Origin: Chrysemys picta bellii
Lineage: Eukaryota
Assembly: GCF_011386835.1 (NCBI RefSeq)
Contig: NC_088803.1
Location: 35,154,001 to 35,218,000, forward strand
DNA: 64,000 nt
Direction of reading: 5' to 3'
Shown in pieces: positions 30,601 to 43,100 of this stretch. The position numbers and the translations under genes are program-made. Positions within the stretch are counted from its first letter, which is position 1. Each line of letters starts with the position of its first letter. The notes beneath the pieces were generated by a model, which made no database searches, was not told where the DNA came from, and saw nothing but the letters and a program-made list of their open reading frames with translations.

Positions 30601-33600
30601 GCAGAGAAGAAACATGGCAGCCCAGATGTTGACTGTTCAGGACTGTAACCAGAGTGCTCAGGTGTGCGTGATATGGGGTAGTCTCAGCTCCAGCCTGTCA
30701 CACTCTGGTTTTCCTGCTGCCTAACAAAGGGTTAACCAGAGAGTTGCCTTTGAATATTAACACAGCAGAAACTCTCCCAGGAACAGGAACTGACCCTGAG
30801 TGCCAGGGATATTGGACTGAGAAATGTGATAGTAATAAAATGGCATTAACACCCCCACCCCCGCCTACAAACACTCCCCTCCGTACACCAGTCTATAATC
30901 CCAGTCCCCCGCCGCCCCACACACACATACAGACAAACAGGCTCCTCCATTCGCCCCACCCCCTTCACACACAGCCAGCCTGGATCTCTGCATTTGCATT
31001 CCTTTCATCCCTCCCATGGTTTAACTCTGCTCCCAAGAGCAATGAGGAGCCACTGAGGGAAGAGGGCTGAGCCCTCCGCAAGGAACAAGGTGATGGAGGG
31101 CCAGTTCCTCCTAAGCACAGCAGGGCCTGTCTCTGTCCCTCCTGCTTTAGGAAAGCAGAGGAGCAAAGAACCTGCAGCCCTTCTAGCTTGGCCAATTGGT
31201 TTCCTGGGCCCAGATCCGCTAAGGTGTTCGAGTTCAATGGAATTTAGGAGCCTAAATACCTTTGAGGAACTGGGCCTTGCTGGTTTATTCCAGCAGCTGC
31301 CTGGATGCTCCCAGACTGGAGTCTCATTCCAGGATCCGTCTCTGCTACTCTTGGCCAGGCAAGGAAAATGTGACAACCCAGCCGGGCAGGGCAGAAACCA
31401 GGGAAACCAAACAAACATTCTAGCCTGTCCCCATCCCAGCACTGACCAAACCCACCTCCTGCTGCTGGAAGCGGGGGCAGGGGGGAATCCCAGCAAAGAG
31501 CAGCAATTGCCTGGGATCCCCACCCTGGCTGGCGGGGGCTGTGTCTGGATCAGGACCAGAATGTTATAACATAGGACCCCAGAGGAAACAAACTTCTTAT
31601 TCCCTCCCCCCAAACACTTGCCCCAGGGAAACCCCTCAGGGCTAAACTCCCTGCCCAGACACCTGCCACAGGGACAGCCAGCAGGGCTAAATCCCCCCCC
31701 TCCCAATACCTGCCATAAGGAAACCTCTTAAGGCTAAACTTCTTCCCCATCAGACATCTGCCCCAGGGAAACCCCTCAGGACTAATCTCCGCCCCCTACC
31801 CTCCCCCCCACCCCCACCTGCTGCAGGGAAACCCTTCAAAGCTAAACACCCCCTCCAGACACCTGCCCAAGGGAAACCCCTCCGGGCTAAACTCCTGCAT
31901 CTGAAATATACCAAACAGGAACCAGCTGCCAACGCTGTGTGACTTATACTCCTGGTGACCTGAAACCCCGTTTCCCCCGGGGTTCTGTATTCATTTCTGG
32001 TTCTGCTTGTCCCATTACTGCTGGGCCCATTTCCAGGCTCCAACCCACCTGGCATAAGTTCTGGTTCCAAGATGCCCAGCCCAGGTCTAGGCCTCCCCAC
32101 TTACTGCAGCCAGAGAGATCAGTGCCAGCCCCTGCTGCTGTCTGTCTCCTTGTCCATCGCCAAGGGCTGGGCTGGCAAGGTGCCCATGCAGCCAGGATCT
32201 CACACACTTTGCCAAGAGACTAAACCCCGTGTTGAAAGCGCCTTAACAACATGTCGAGATTAAGCCCATTTTACTTTCCTTGCTGGTCTCACCATCTGCT
32301 GCTGCACTGACCAGGAGCTCATTCTCCTCCTTATCCTGGGGCAGGGCCACACAGAATCTAAGCCCCCCCACTCCTTTGATCCCACACATACTCACTAATC
32401 CATCAGCAACTCCAGAGCTGTGTCAGAGAGTCTGGGAGGCAGAGAAGGGCTGGGGGAACAGCTACGGCACAGAGGCAGGAAGGAGACTGGGGTGGTCTAA
32501 TTACAAAGCTCTGGGCTGCACAAAGAACAGGTTAACCCTGAAGGATTGTCTCTCCCTCAATTAGCATCGAGGTAACTCTGGGCCCCTTTGGCAGCCCCTG
32601 CAGGGTAGCTAATGACTAAGGCTATGATTTAGTCATGGAGGCCACAGCAGTCACGGATTCCGTGACTTTCCCGCACCTCCGTGATGTCTAGGGCTTCAGG
32701 AGGCGGAGACGGGACTGTGCGCCCCTGCCCTGAAACTGGGGCTGGCTGGAACCAGGACGCTGCAGCCCTAGCCCCACAGCTTCTGCCAGGAGCTTCAGCC
32801 AGGGATGCACTCCCCAGCCCCACGGTGTCCCGGGCTTGGCGGGGGCTGCAGATGGAGCCGCGTGCCCTAGCCCCGCAGTGTCCCAGGCTTGGCGGGGGCT
32901 GCAGATGGAGCCGCGTGCCCTAGCCCCGCAGTGTCCCAGGCTTGGCGGGGGCTGCAGCCAGGGCCAAGTACTCAAACCTTGCGGTGTTCCAGGCTTGGCA
33001 GGGGCTGCAGCCGGGGCTGTGTGCCCCTGCCCGGCGGCTGCACTGGGGACAGTGCATCCCCCTCGCAGCCTCCATGGCCATATGCCACCCCCAGCTGTGG
33101 CTGAGGCTTGGTGGGAGCTGCAGCCAGGGCCACACACCCCTGTCCCATAGCTGTGGCCCGCTGGCATGGGAGCTCGGCCTGACCATCCCCTCTGCGATGG
33201 GACTCCATTCTTCCCCCCTACATAGCCCTGCCCCCAGGGTATTTTTAGTAATGTCACGGACAGATCACTGGCTCCGTGAATTTTTGTTTATTGCCCGTGA
33301 CCTGTCCGTGACTTTTACTAAAATAATCATGATAAAATCTTAGCCTTACTAATGACACAGCCCAGCTGTATGGAGCCTGCCCTATTGTGCTTTCCCACCA
33401 GGGCAGAGTCACCAGCTTCCCGCCGCTCCAGGAAAGCTGCAGCTGTAGCATTGTTGGAATCCCTGGCTAACAGGCTGGACCATCCAGTGGCTTGTCACAA
33501 TTTTCCCAGGGAAAGTGGCCAGCAAATTCAAGTCGTGCAGAGAAGCCAAGGTTCAGGGACTGGCGGTGTTAAGCAGCTCTAGTGAAACCCCTGAGAGCTG

Positions 33601-36600
33601 GGGACACTTTGGAGAAGGTGATCCTGAAGTTCTTGCACCTCACACTCCTTCCCAAGGGCCCTCATTCCCCATATCCTTGGCATCAACAGCGTCCACAACC
33701 ACAAGCTGGCTTCCACAACCACAGCGTGACTCTTACTATGTATTTGTACAGCACCTAGCACAGCAGAGCCTGTCCTCAGGCAGGGTCCCTAGATACTATT
33801 GCAATATCAATATGAACCTAATAGATTAATAATACTGCCGTTTGGGGGCCCAATAGCCAATATGTTACAACTTCACTTTCCAGTAGAGCAACAGGCATTA
33901 TGTGATCTACTTGGTGCACCTATTCCATTGGAACAGGGGACACAGTGGAAACAGGGACACACTGACCCCAGTCACTCTAGTATTGGAGGAAAGCACGGTG
34001 CCCTGGGTTCCCTTTGATTTGAGCTCTGTCTGTAGAGGTGGGCTCCCAACCTCTGCCAGGAGGAAGCACTGTCTGTATGCAGAGGGGAAGGGGGAATGCA
34101 CAGCTATTCCAGTCTCAGGCCCTCCCTGCAAGAACATTGCAGGATAAAGATTAAGGCCATCCTAAGAGTTTGCAATTTTCTACACTGTTAATGCACACAT
34201 TATACATCTCTCTCCCAAGGCATGACAATTACAACCATGGGATGTTCCAGGCACCCAGGAGGAGATGCAGGGAGGTGGCATGGGTTGGTACACTCACAGC
34301 TGGTGCTGGTATGTTACTCTCACTCAAGAGCTGTCCTAGAGCCTCAATGGGGAAGATGTGCCTGCATTTATTAGCAAACTTGTCTGTAAATTCCTTGGCG
34401 AGCTTTTATTAGCCAGCTGAGTAGCCGGCACTGAATACCATTATGTAACTAAGGCAGGCATCAAGCAAGATGTGCAGCGGGGTGACTGACTGGTGACTGC
34501 AGTGAGAAACAGAGATGGAGCCTTTTCCCCCACTTCCTCATCTCAGCTCCCTCTCTCCCTTCCCCCTCGCTCTGTTCCTGTATCTCAGGCACTCTAGGAG
34601 GCCAAGAGCTCTGCTCATGTATTTGCAGCTAAATAACCGCCATGGAGGAAATAAAAGAGACTAACATTCCCTGTCTCTGCCCTTCACCATGTGACTGATG
34701 GTCACATTCTCCTCGCTGTCAGTCGCTGTGATTGTCTCATCAGGATGGCATGTTCCCAGCAAGTGACACACACACTCACACAATGCAGCCCCTGTGCGCT
34801 GCAGGGAATTCATTCTGAGGTTTAAATACCTGCTGGTGGTCTTTTTTACAAGGCACTCAACCAATGGGCTGAGGCTTATGCACATTCGCAGTTGGGACAC
34901 AGCACTGCCTCTCCTGGATCACTGACCCCCCAACACGTCAGCCTGTCACTTCCCAAGAGCGTGAAATGGCACCAGGCTCCCTGCTGCCTTCAAATCCTTC
35001 CGGCTCTTGCTGTTCATTAGGCACCAAAGCCTATAGAAGAACTGGACCTGAATGCAAGTGTGGGGACTGAAGGGAGAGGAGCCAGCCTACCACAGCCCCG
35101 TGAGAAGGAAACAGATATGGGGATTTCCTTCTATTGCCATTGCTCAGTTTCTTCGGTCCCAGCCTCTCCCAGCAGCAGGAAGCAATGTAAGGAGCCAGGG
35201 GAGGTGTTCTGGTTCCAGAGACTCCAGTGCCACCCTGCCTTTGCAAGATGTACTGAAAGAAACAGGGCAGATACGCTGGCTGAGTTGCACAGCTGGGATT
35301 CTCTGTCTCTCAGCACGAGACCCTGTAAGGTGACTGCAGAAAGGCCAGACATGGAAGGTGCTCAGCTCCTCTATTCCCCATCTTCCTGCAGGAAGCATAA
35401 TAGTGAACAGTGCAGGAGTTCCAGCCACAAGGAGCTCCCAGTCCCAGCTATTCCACACCAGCAGGGAATGGGGCCGAGCATTGGCTTTGGGTAGCTCCCA
35501 GCGACTGAGGGTGACATGAGCCCTGGGGGTGACATGGCTGAATGGATTATTTGGGACACAGTGAGATCTTTTCATTGATTTCTTGGGCTGAGCACTGAGC
35601 ACACGGCAGCTTGTCTGGCCGTGTTTCCGCTGGGAGTGGACATGTTTGTCATTTCCCCTTGTCCTGCTGGATCCTAGTACAAACCCCACTCTGTGCACCA
35701 GGCAGTCTGAATGGATGGGGGCGGGGGGCTTGTTAAAGGAGGCACAATCCAAGAGGAGATGGGGAGAGGGTTTTCTTTAATTGATGTCTCTTTAAATCCC
35801 TTGAAAACTCCCCAAGAGATTAAAGAAACAGAGTAAGCCATGAATGGGGCAAAGTCAGGGGGAAAGGGGAGGTTAACAGAGTATAAATGAGGGAAGAAGG
35901 TACATTCTGCAGGGTGTGGATCAGTTCTCTAGGGAGCTACTCCAAGGAGCACAGCTTCACACCCGATCTGGCCATGCCATGACGGGGCATTCCCTCAAAA
36001 GCATCAACCCAGGCCCTGTGAACCGGAACAGGGATACACTGACCCCATTCACACTAATGGTGGAGGAAATCACAGTACCCAGGGCTCCCTTTTATTGAAG
36101 CCCTGTCTATAGAGGTGAACTCCCAACCCCTGCCAGGAGGCATTACACGGAACAGGTCGGGACAGTGATTGTGGGGGGAGCTCGCAGCTACTCCAGTCTG
36201 AGCCCCTCTCAGCAAGAACATTGCAGGATAAAGGGTAAAGCCACCCTAAGAATTTGCAACTTCCTTCAGTCTCGGGGAGAAGCAGCTAGAGCAGAACCAT
36301 TGGAATGACCTAGAAGAGGCCTGTAGCGATGAGCTGACCATAAACTGGATGCCTGGAACCTGCCGAATGCTCCTGTTCAAATTCTCTGCGCAGCCTCCCT
36401 CTCACATTCCGCATCTGGCCTCGTACCGCAGCAAAAGGAAAAACTTAAACCCAAGCCTGCCGGGTGAGAGGGAGTGCACAGGACGGGGAGAGGGAGGGAA
36501 GTGGTTTTAGCAGAGACAGAGCAGGAAAAAACAGGAGGGCGGAGAGCAAGAGTGTCAGTGGGGTGAGGAGGTGGCACCTTGTGATCCTGATTTCTGACAT

Positions 36601-39600
36601 GGACTCTTCATGAACGGTATTCGGTATTCCAGCCAATCCTCAACTCCTCCGTGACTCCACACTAAAAATATCCCCACAGCCCAGAGCTCTCTCCCCAGGA
36701 GAGGCCACGTCACAAGACCCTGCTATTTACAGGGCCTGATTCACTTGACATAGAACCCTGAGCAGGATAAAGCCAGGAGCGCATTCGGGAAGATGAGAGG
36801 AGGTGGGGAGGCTCATAAGCCACACAGGGGATGTCTACATAGCCCAAGGCAGCGAACCTCCCAGCCCAGGTCGACAGACCCGAGCTACAGGAGCTCGCGC
36901 TAGTGCTCTAACAATAGCGTTGTAGACAGCGCTGTGAAGTTGCAGCACGAACTGGAGCTCGGGCTCTGAAGCCTAGGGATGGGGATGGTCTTCACAGTCC
37001 AAGCTCCAGCACAAGCCACAACTTCGAAGTGCTGCCCACCCAGCTATTTTTAGAGCACTCAGGTGAGTCCTGCTAGCCGGCGTCTGTCGACCTGGGCTGG
37101 GAAGCTCGCTGCTGCAGGTGCATGGACAGGCAGCCTCCACACCATGTTCACACTGAAGCTTTTCCAAGTCCTGCTGAGAGGCTCATTAAAGGAGCTGGGA
37201 TACCACCCTGTCTCTCCTCCCCAGCTTGGCCTGGCTGTGCAGAGACCTTCACTGACTCACTGTCTGCTCGGCTCCATGGAGCTTCTCTATCCGGAACACA
37301 TGCTGCTTCAGGGGTTTGCTCCTGTCCTAAGTTCCACAGGTGACAGGGAGAGCTGGCTCATTACAAAAGCAGTTTTGCCTCTCCTGGAATGGACACCTCC
37401 TCATCTATTATTGGGAGTGGACTACATCCACCCTGATCGAGTTGGCCCTGTCAATACTGGTTCTCCACTTGTGAGGTAACTCCCTTCTCTTCGTGTGTCA
37501 TTATATACTGCCTGCATCTGTAATTTTCACTCCATGCATCTGAAGAAGTGGGGTTTCTACCCACGAAAGCTTATGCTCAAATAAATCTGTTAGTCTTTAA
37601 GGTGCCACTGGACTCCTTGTTGTTTTTGTGGATACAGACTAACATGGCTACCCCCTGATAAGGGAGAGCTTTGCCGATCCGGATCAGACAATGGCCCAGC
37701 CAGCTCTGGGCCCGGTTTCTGGCAAAGGTCAGTGCCTGATGCTTCACAGGAAAGCAGCCTGCACCCCCACCAAAAGGAATGCCCCCAGCTGAAGGGCACA
37801 TCCCATAGGGCAAGCCTTTCCTACCACCCAGCAGCTTGAGATGTGACTGCCTGGATCTCAGCATGTAGAACTACTACTGATATTACAATGGGATGTGAAA
37901 GGATGGAGGCACCAATCACCCTGGGGCATATGGGAAGAGCGACTTCAGGTGAGGCTGGTGCATGGTGACTGCGAGATGGAGGCAGGGGGTTGGTGGCTGT
38001 GCAGAGGTGAGCAGCCAGGAAATAGGGATTGTAGAGCTGAGGGCTTTGGTGAGGGAGCTGCTGCTTGGTGGGGTGGAGAGGTGCCCTGCGTGGGGGGGGG
38101 GGGGTGGAGAGGAGCTGGTGGGTGGGTTGTGTGGGGTGTATGAAGAGATGTGGGAAGGCACTGGCAAAAGGGCGCTATAGGGTGTATGGAGGGATGTGGG
38201 AAGGCGCTGGCGGAAGGGCACTATGGAGTGTATGGAGGGATGTGGGAGGGCACTGGTGTACAGGTTGTATGGCAGAATTCTGTGGGGAAGGACAGAGAAG
38301 GGCTATGCCCAGGGGAGGAGAGGGCTGTAGTGTCCATGGGACCATTGGTGGGGGGTGCTCTGCCTGGTGCCTGTTCACAGCATGGTTTGCGGCTGCTGCC
38401 TGTGGAGTCTATGTTGCTCCAGCCGGGGCCTGGCGGCAGCTTCCGAAGATGAGCCAGAGCTAAAGAATTCACTAAAAAAGGAAAGGGTTCAGAGAGTCGT
38501 GTGCCGGGGGCAAGGCATGGGGGAGCAGAGCGCCACTGGGTTAGCACTTCCACACGGATAAAACCCCAACTCCCTCCGTCAGTCAGTACCTTTGTGTACA
38601 TGTACACACACACAGACACACACAGAGGGGACTGACACAGACAGAACACAGGGAGGCGTCTAGACTAAACTGTGGCTGAGCAGTAATTGCTCAAGTTTGA
38701 CTGTAAATTTACAGAACAAACATTTGGCTGAGAGAGATGCAGCCAGTGCAAGGCTGACCCAGGTGTGGCTGAGTGGGTGTGCAATGTAATTGTGTGAGAG
38801 AAGGAGCGAGTGGGTGTAGGTGAAAGTTGTGTGAAACAGACGGGAAGTGTGTGTGAGTCACGGGTGACGGCCAGTGCCTGTGCCCATGATATATGACACT
38901 TTGGGGACGGGGGTGAATCAGCCGGTTTCTGTACAATAGTCAGGATTGTTCTGGGCTGTTGACCACTGCAAGATAATTGTGAATCCCTAAACTCAGTGTT
39001 TTAAGTGGCTTGGGAAAATAGGGTGGGGGGAAGGGCTTTTATGACAATCCCAGCTGCAATAAATGTTCATGCACGGGAAGGGCAGTGCTTTCACCCTTTG
39101 TGAGCTGACTCAGTTTTAATTCTTTTTTGCCGGGACTGTGACCGATGGCGACCCTGCCCACTTTAAGTCCCCCTGAGCTGGGCCCACGAAAGAGCTGCAG
39201 TGTCAGCAGTGTGCCCCCCTCCTGCGGGAGGCTGCCCAGGCAGGAGGCAGCTGCTGTCTGTGTGCGTGGGTGAGCGGGCACTGGCCTCCGGCTGGCGGTA
39301 GTGACTGTGCCGGGGATGCAGTTGGGATACAGGGGGTTGCTCCAAGCCCCGCTCAGTGCAGCGGGCATCAGGAGCGTGCCCTCAGCCTCACGTGGGTCTC
39401 AACCCTGGGGCGCTGTCCGGGCCAGGGAGGGTCCCTGCTGGGGAACATTAGAGCCCTGGAGCAGAGAGTGCACCGGAGGGGGAGAGGACGCCTCCTGCCC
39501 GGTCCTGCACATGTCCCTCCACGCCTGCTCCCGGACAGTCAGCGGCAGGGTGATCCCACCACCGAGCCAGGGCGGGACCCTCGCCGGGCAAATAACCACC

Positions 39601-39674
39601 CCCGCACCAGCCTTCCCGAGAGGGGACTTACAGGGCAGCCTCCTGCTCTGGCTGTGAGCTCCGGGTCCGGACAT
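27672..39674 (-). CDS. DBNDD2: Dysbindin domain-containing protein 2, 4 coding exons, 180 aa
   Basis: Exons (minus): 39632-39674 ([14 protein letters not shown]), 29636-29788 ([51 protein letters not shown]), 29210-29353 ([34 protein letters not shown]...) and 27672-27874 ([14 protein letters not shown]...[24 protein letters not shown]). All junctions are GT-AG and phase 1; total 543 nt. The LRxRQKFFE and [14 protein letters not shown] motifs match DBNDD2, and it sits next to PIGT as in human. The first exon is less certain than the other three. Confidence 0.93.
30140..30321 (-). mobile_element. MIR/CORE-type SINE remnant
   Basis: TATCCCCATTTT..GAGGGAAACTGAGGCAC..GACTTGCCCAGGGTCAC is the typical CORE-SINE motif. 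Confidence 0.7.
30322..30575. mobile_element. hAT-type MITE fragment
   Basis: Starts CAGCGGTTCTCAAAC, related to the termini at 47834 and 53594. The right end is unclear. Confidence 0.6.
31610..31895. repeat. Diverged minisatellite, unit about 40-45 bp
   Basis: About six copies of CACCTGCC.CAGGGAAACCCCTCAGGGCTAAACTCC. Confidence 0.8.
32617..33348. mobile_element. hAT-type non-autonomous DNA transposon with internal 53-bp tandem repeats
   Basis: Terminal inverted repeats TAAGGCTA.GATTT / AAATCTTAGCCTTA; perfect 8-bp TSD CTAATGAC (32609-32616 and 33349-33356). Confidence 0.9.
36828..37125. mobile_element. Palindromic MITE (possibly Harbinger-like)
   Basis: Begins GGGATGTCTACA and has long imperfect self-complementary arms (CCCAGCCCAGGTCGACAGAC / GTCTGTCGACCTGGGCTGGG). 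Confidence 0.7.
37470..37640 (+). mobile_element. Penelope-like terminal repeat fragment
   Basis: Related to the repeats at 1280, 22821, 45647 and 56350. Confidence 0.85.
37536..37576 (+). ncRNA. Minimal hammerhead ribozyme motif, intact core
   Basis: GCAU-CUGAAGA-A-GUGGG(GUUUCUA)CCCAC-GAAA-GC-UU-AUGC. Confidence 0.75.
38130..38270. repeat. About 46-bp tandem repeat, 3 copies
   Basis: GTGTATGGAGGGATGTGGGAAGGCRCTGG.. repeated. Confidence 0.75.
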
Positions 39675-40150
39675 GGCCAGCAGCGGACGGGCAGGCGGGC
39701 GCTGTCTGCTGCAGGCAGCCCAGGGCGCGCTCAGGGTTGGGCGGGTGCAGGGGGCGCTGCAGCCCGGTGCACGCTTCTCTCTCCAGGCAGGGCAGGCAGC
39801 GCTCCAGCGGGTCTGGCCCGGCCGAGAGTGCAACTGGGGCTGCCTCCCGGGCCGGGCTGGCTGGGGCTCGGCAGACTGTACCAACTGCGTGATCCGGAAA
39901 GGGGGTGGGATAGCAGCTCGCACGGGCTCCGGGCTCCCGTTGGCTGTACCAAGGCCAGGCGCTGGAGCCTGGAGGAGGTGGGGGGCTGCCTGCGAGGGAG
40001 CGCGCGGGCAATCGCCTGTGGCTGCAGGGGAGGGAGCAGGAGATGCTGAGGTCCCCGGTAGGGCGGCTGGGAAGCAGGTGCAGGCGGGACCCAAGAGAGG
40101 AGCCTGCACCCGGGTGGAACGGGGGTGTCTATGGCGAGTTTCTCAGCTCT
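39400..40150 (-). promoter_or_regulatory. CpG island around the DBNDD2 first coding exon
   Basis: Locally GC/CpG-rich, containing GCC-ATG-T at 39674 and a GTAAGT donor (plus-strand ACTTAC, 39626-39631). Confidence 0.6.
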
Positions 40151-43100
40151 GCCCCTGCAACCCCTCTGCCCCCTTCCAGGCAGTGCAGCGCTGGCCCTGT
40201 TTGCACAGGATGGGGGCTGGCCAGGAGCACAGTGTCACCCTGAGCTGAGTGGCTCTGGCGGGCATTGAGGAACCTTGCAGTAAGGGGCACCAGGAGCTGG
40301 GGAGGAGAGGTGACCTGCCTGGGAGACCCTGGGGAAGCAAGTCAGGTTCCTTTTCTCACCCCTCCTTGGGCCGCAGCATGGAGCTGGAGCTGCAGCTCAG
40401 CAGTGCAGCCCGAGGCCTGCCAGCAAAGGGAGCCAAAGAAGTGACACCAGCTGGGAAAAGCCAGCATCCCTGCTGTACCGTGCTGCACTTAGGGCAGAAG
40501 CGGGGTGAGGGTGGGATATCAGCTTCCCTCCATCCCAGTGCAACAGGCTGCAATTGCTGTGGAGAGAGCTCAGATATACAGAGCGCAGGGACTGGTGCAT
40601 CTGGAAAACCGCCTCCCCCGCCTAATGTTAATAATTAATGTCTTCTGCTTCTCTATATGCATTGCGCATATGATCATTGAGCAGGCAATGGGCTGCAGAC
40701 TCCATTCTTATCATAACTGATTCCCTGTTTCTCCAGTACACAGATTCCCTTAGAGGCCTCTGTCAGCCTTATATCCAGCATGTTTTCATCATTAGCTCTT
40801 TGGCTATCATTGAAACATGCTGGGCTTGATTCTGCTCCTAGAGCAGAGCTCTCAGGAGCAGGCCCTCTATTTCCTTCCTCTGTCTCCACAGAGTGACTCA
40901 GTCCCTCCGTAGTGCCAGTGCCTGCTCTGGGCAGATAGGATCTGATCACAGCCAGAATTCACAACTCCTCAGAGCATGATTTACTCCTCATTCTCTGCAT
41001 GAAACAGCCAGAAAGGGAGTTTCCCACAACCATTGTCAGTCCCACCCTGACCCAGCCCACTGCCTCAGAGGGTTTGCATCACCACATTACCAGACAAGTG
41101 AAGAGGTTGGACTTGTTTGCGTCGGCTGTTCCTGACTTGGACACTGTTGCTTTGCAGCCCTCCTGATTTTGGCCCCTGGACCTGGTGGTTGTATCAGAAG
41201 TCCCTTGCCACCACTGGTAGTTAACCTGCTATGCGAGGAGGCTGGTTTGAGGCAGGGAGATGATTTCCAGCTCGTGCACAGAAGTTTATTTGTGCAGATC
41301 TGATGCCAATGGTTCCATCTGATGTAAGTTAAATTAATTCTGAGGTTTCAGTTTAGCCTTTGTGATTATTTATCCACATCCAAAACCCACCCCAGAGTTC
41401 CACATGACTGTTTCTGTCCATAGCCTGGGGTCAGGATTAAAGCGCATTGGTAGGGGCCCAGGATTGGAAGAGCAGAGGGACTGCAGGTCAATACTATGGG
41501 GTCCCAGCAGAGTGTTTGTGAGGGGCTCATGATTAGAATAACAAGGCCACTGCAGATCTGGATTGAGGTACATTGGTAATGTACAGAAACCTCTTGCACT
41601 GCACCTATCAGTATTATGAGTGGCTTTAGCCAATAGTATCACTTCCTCAGATTCCTGTCCCACACCTTCCTTTCTGACCTCCCTGATATACACTCTCAGC
41701 TATGGGAGCTAGAGGCCAGGGCCAGGGAATCAGCCCAGATCTCTGCTATAGTACGTCTCTTTTTCTAAATTGGCACCAGTCACTAACGTGAGATTTAAGG
41801 CCAGATTCTGCCACTCTTATTCACAATGAGTATTCCCTTAGTCTGAGTAGTCCCTTTGATTTTAAATAGAGCTAATTGAAGACTAAGATACTACTCAGTG
41901 GGAATAAGAGAGGCATAATCTGGCAAATAATAAATAACACAGCAAACATGCACCCCTCTGCTGTTTCACTCTTTACTGTTTCCATGGCAAAGAGTATCTT
42001 AATCCTTAGAATTAAGCAACATCACCCCCTGCATGTAAAGTACATTGAAGCATCCTGGCGTTTTATCATAGGGCCCCACTGCCTGTTGAGTATCAGTTTT
42101 ACTCAAATTAACTTAATGTAAACCAACCCTGCAAGTTCCAACCTGGTCCCCTCTGCTCTTGGCCATAAATGCCTGGCCTGGGGAGAAAGGAGAGAGGCAG
42201 AGATGGAATCGCGCTACACAGCAATCCATCAGGAATGGACACCACTGGCAAATGGACACAAGGGATCAACAGCATGTAGCCCTGCCCAGGTTGACTCTTA
42301 TTTCTCTCTGACAGGTACCTGAAGGGCCTAGCTCTTTTCTTTACACTGGCATCACTTGTGGGCCCAATCAATTCTCCTTGAAATGAACGGTCTCTCTCCA
42401 GGTCATCATAGGAACTAGTGCCCAAAATTACTGAGATGACATCATAGTCACAGGTCAGCTGCAAGACCCCATTGCAAACCTAGGGGGGGAAACGGCTCTT
42501 TCATCATCATGGCACAAAGTTCAGTTCCTGCCAGAGCCCCTGAGGCAAGCTGGTAATCTGAGCACTCTGGTAGTCAGAATAAAATGCAACGTGACTTGTT
42601 CCTCCTGCATTTCCTGCTCAGGTTTCTTTCTTCTATTATAGGTCTGCAGAAAACAGGAGGTTACTCAGGTCCCTGACCACTGGAACAGGGTGGGACGATT
42701 ACGGAATAAGTCAGCTGCCAAGTGAAAGGTGAACAAGCCCCACCCAGGCACTGAATCATAAAACAATGAAAATAGATCTTATTCTTTGTAAGCACCATGC
42801 GTAAGAGGCTGTACGTGAGATGTGGCTTGATTTGTTCAGTAAGTTGCAGGAGTAAAGGAGGAAATTGGGTTTTTGCCATGGACAGGGCAGGGTTTCTTTC
42901 CTAACAAATTACAGCTGAGCCAGAGTGCAGCCCATCCAGGCTGAAATGCCATCTCTGATGCCTGCAATCTTGCAGTTCCCTTAAAAGGGAGATTTTGGTC
43001 CAGGATAAATGAGAGCCTAAAAAGCTCCCATCTATTGAAGGAATGTGGCTGCTGTGAAGTGAACTTGTCTCACATGGAGCTAGGAAGCTTGGAGGAGAAG

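Noticed and set aside
32829-32990. Regularly spaced 53-bp repeats resembling a CRISPR array
   Set aside because: They are contiguous tandem units with no unique spacers, inside a hAT element, in a vertebrate genome.
39270-40248. Overlapping 190-260 aa ORFs on both strands
   Set aside because: Low-complexity Pro/Ala/Gly/Arg frames expected from stop-poor CpG-island DNA.
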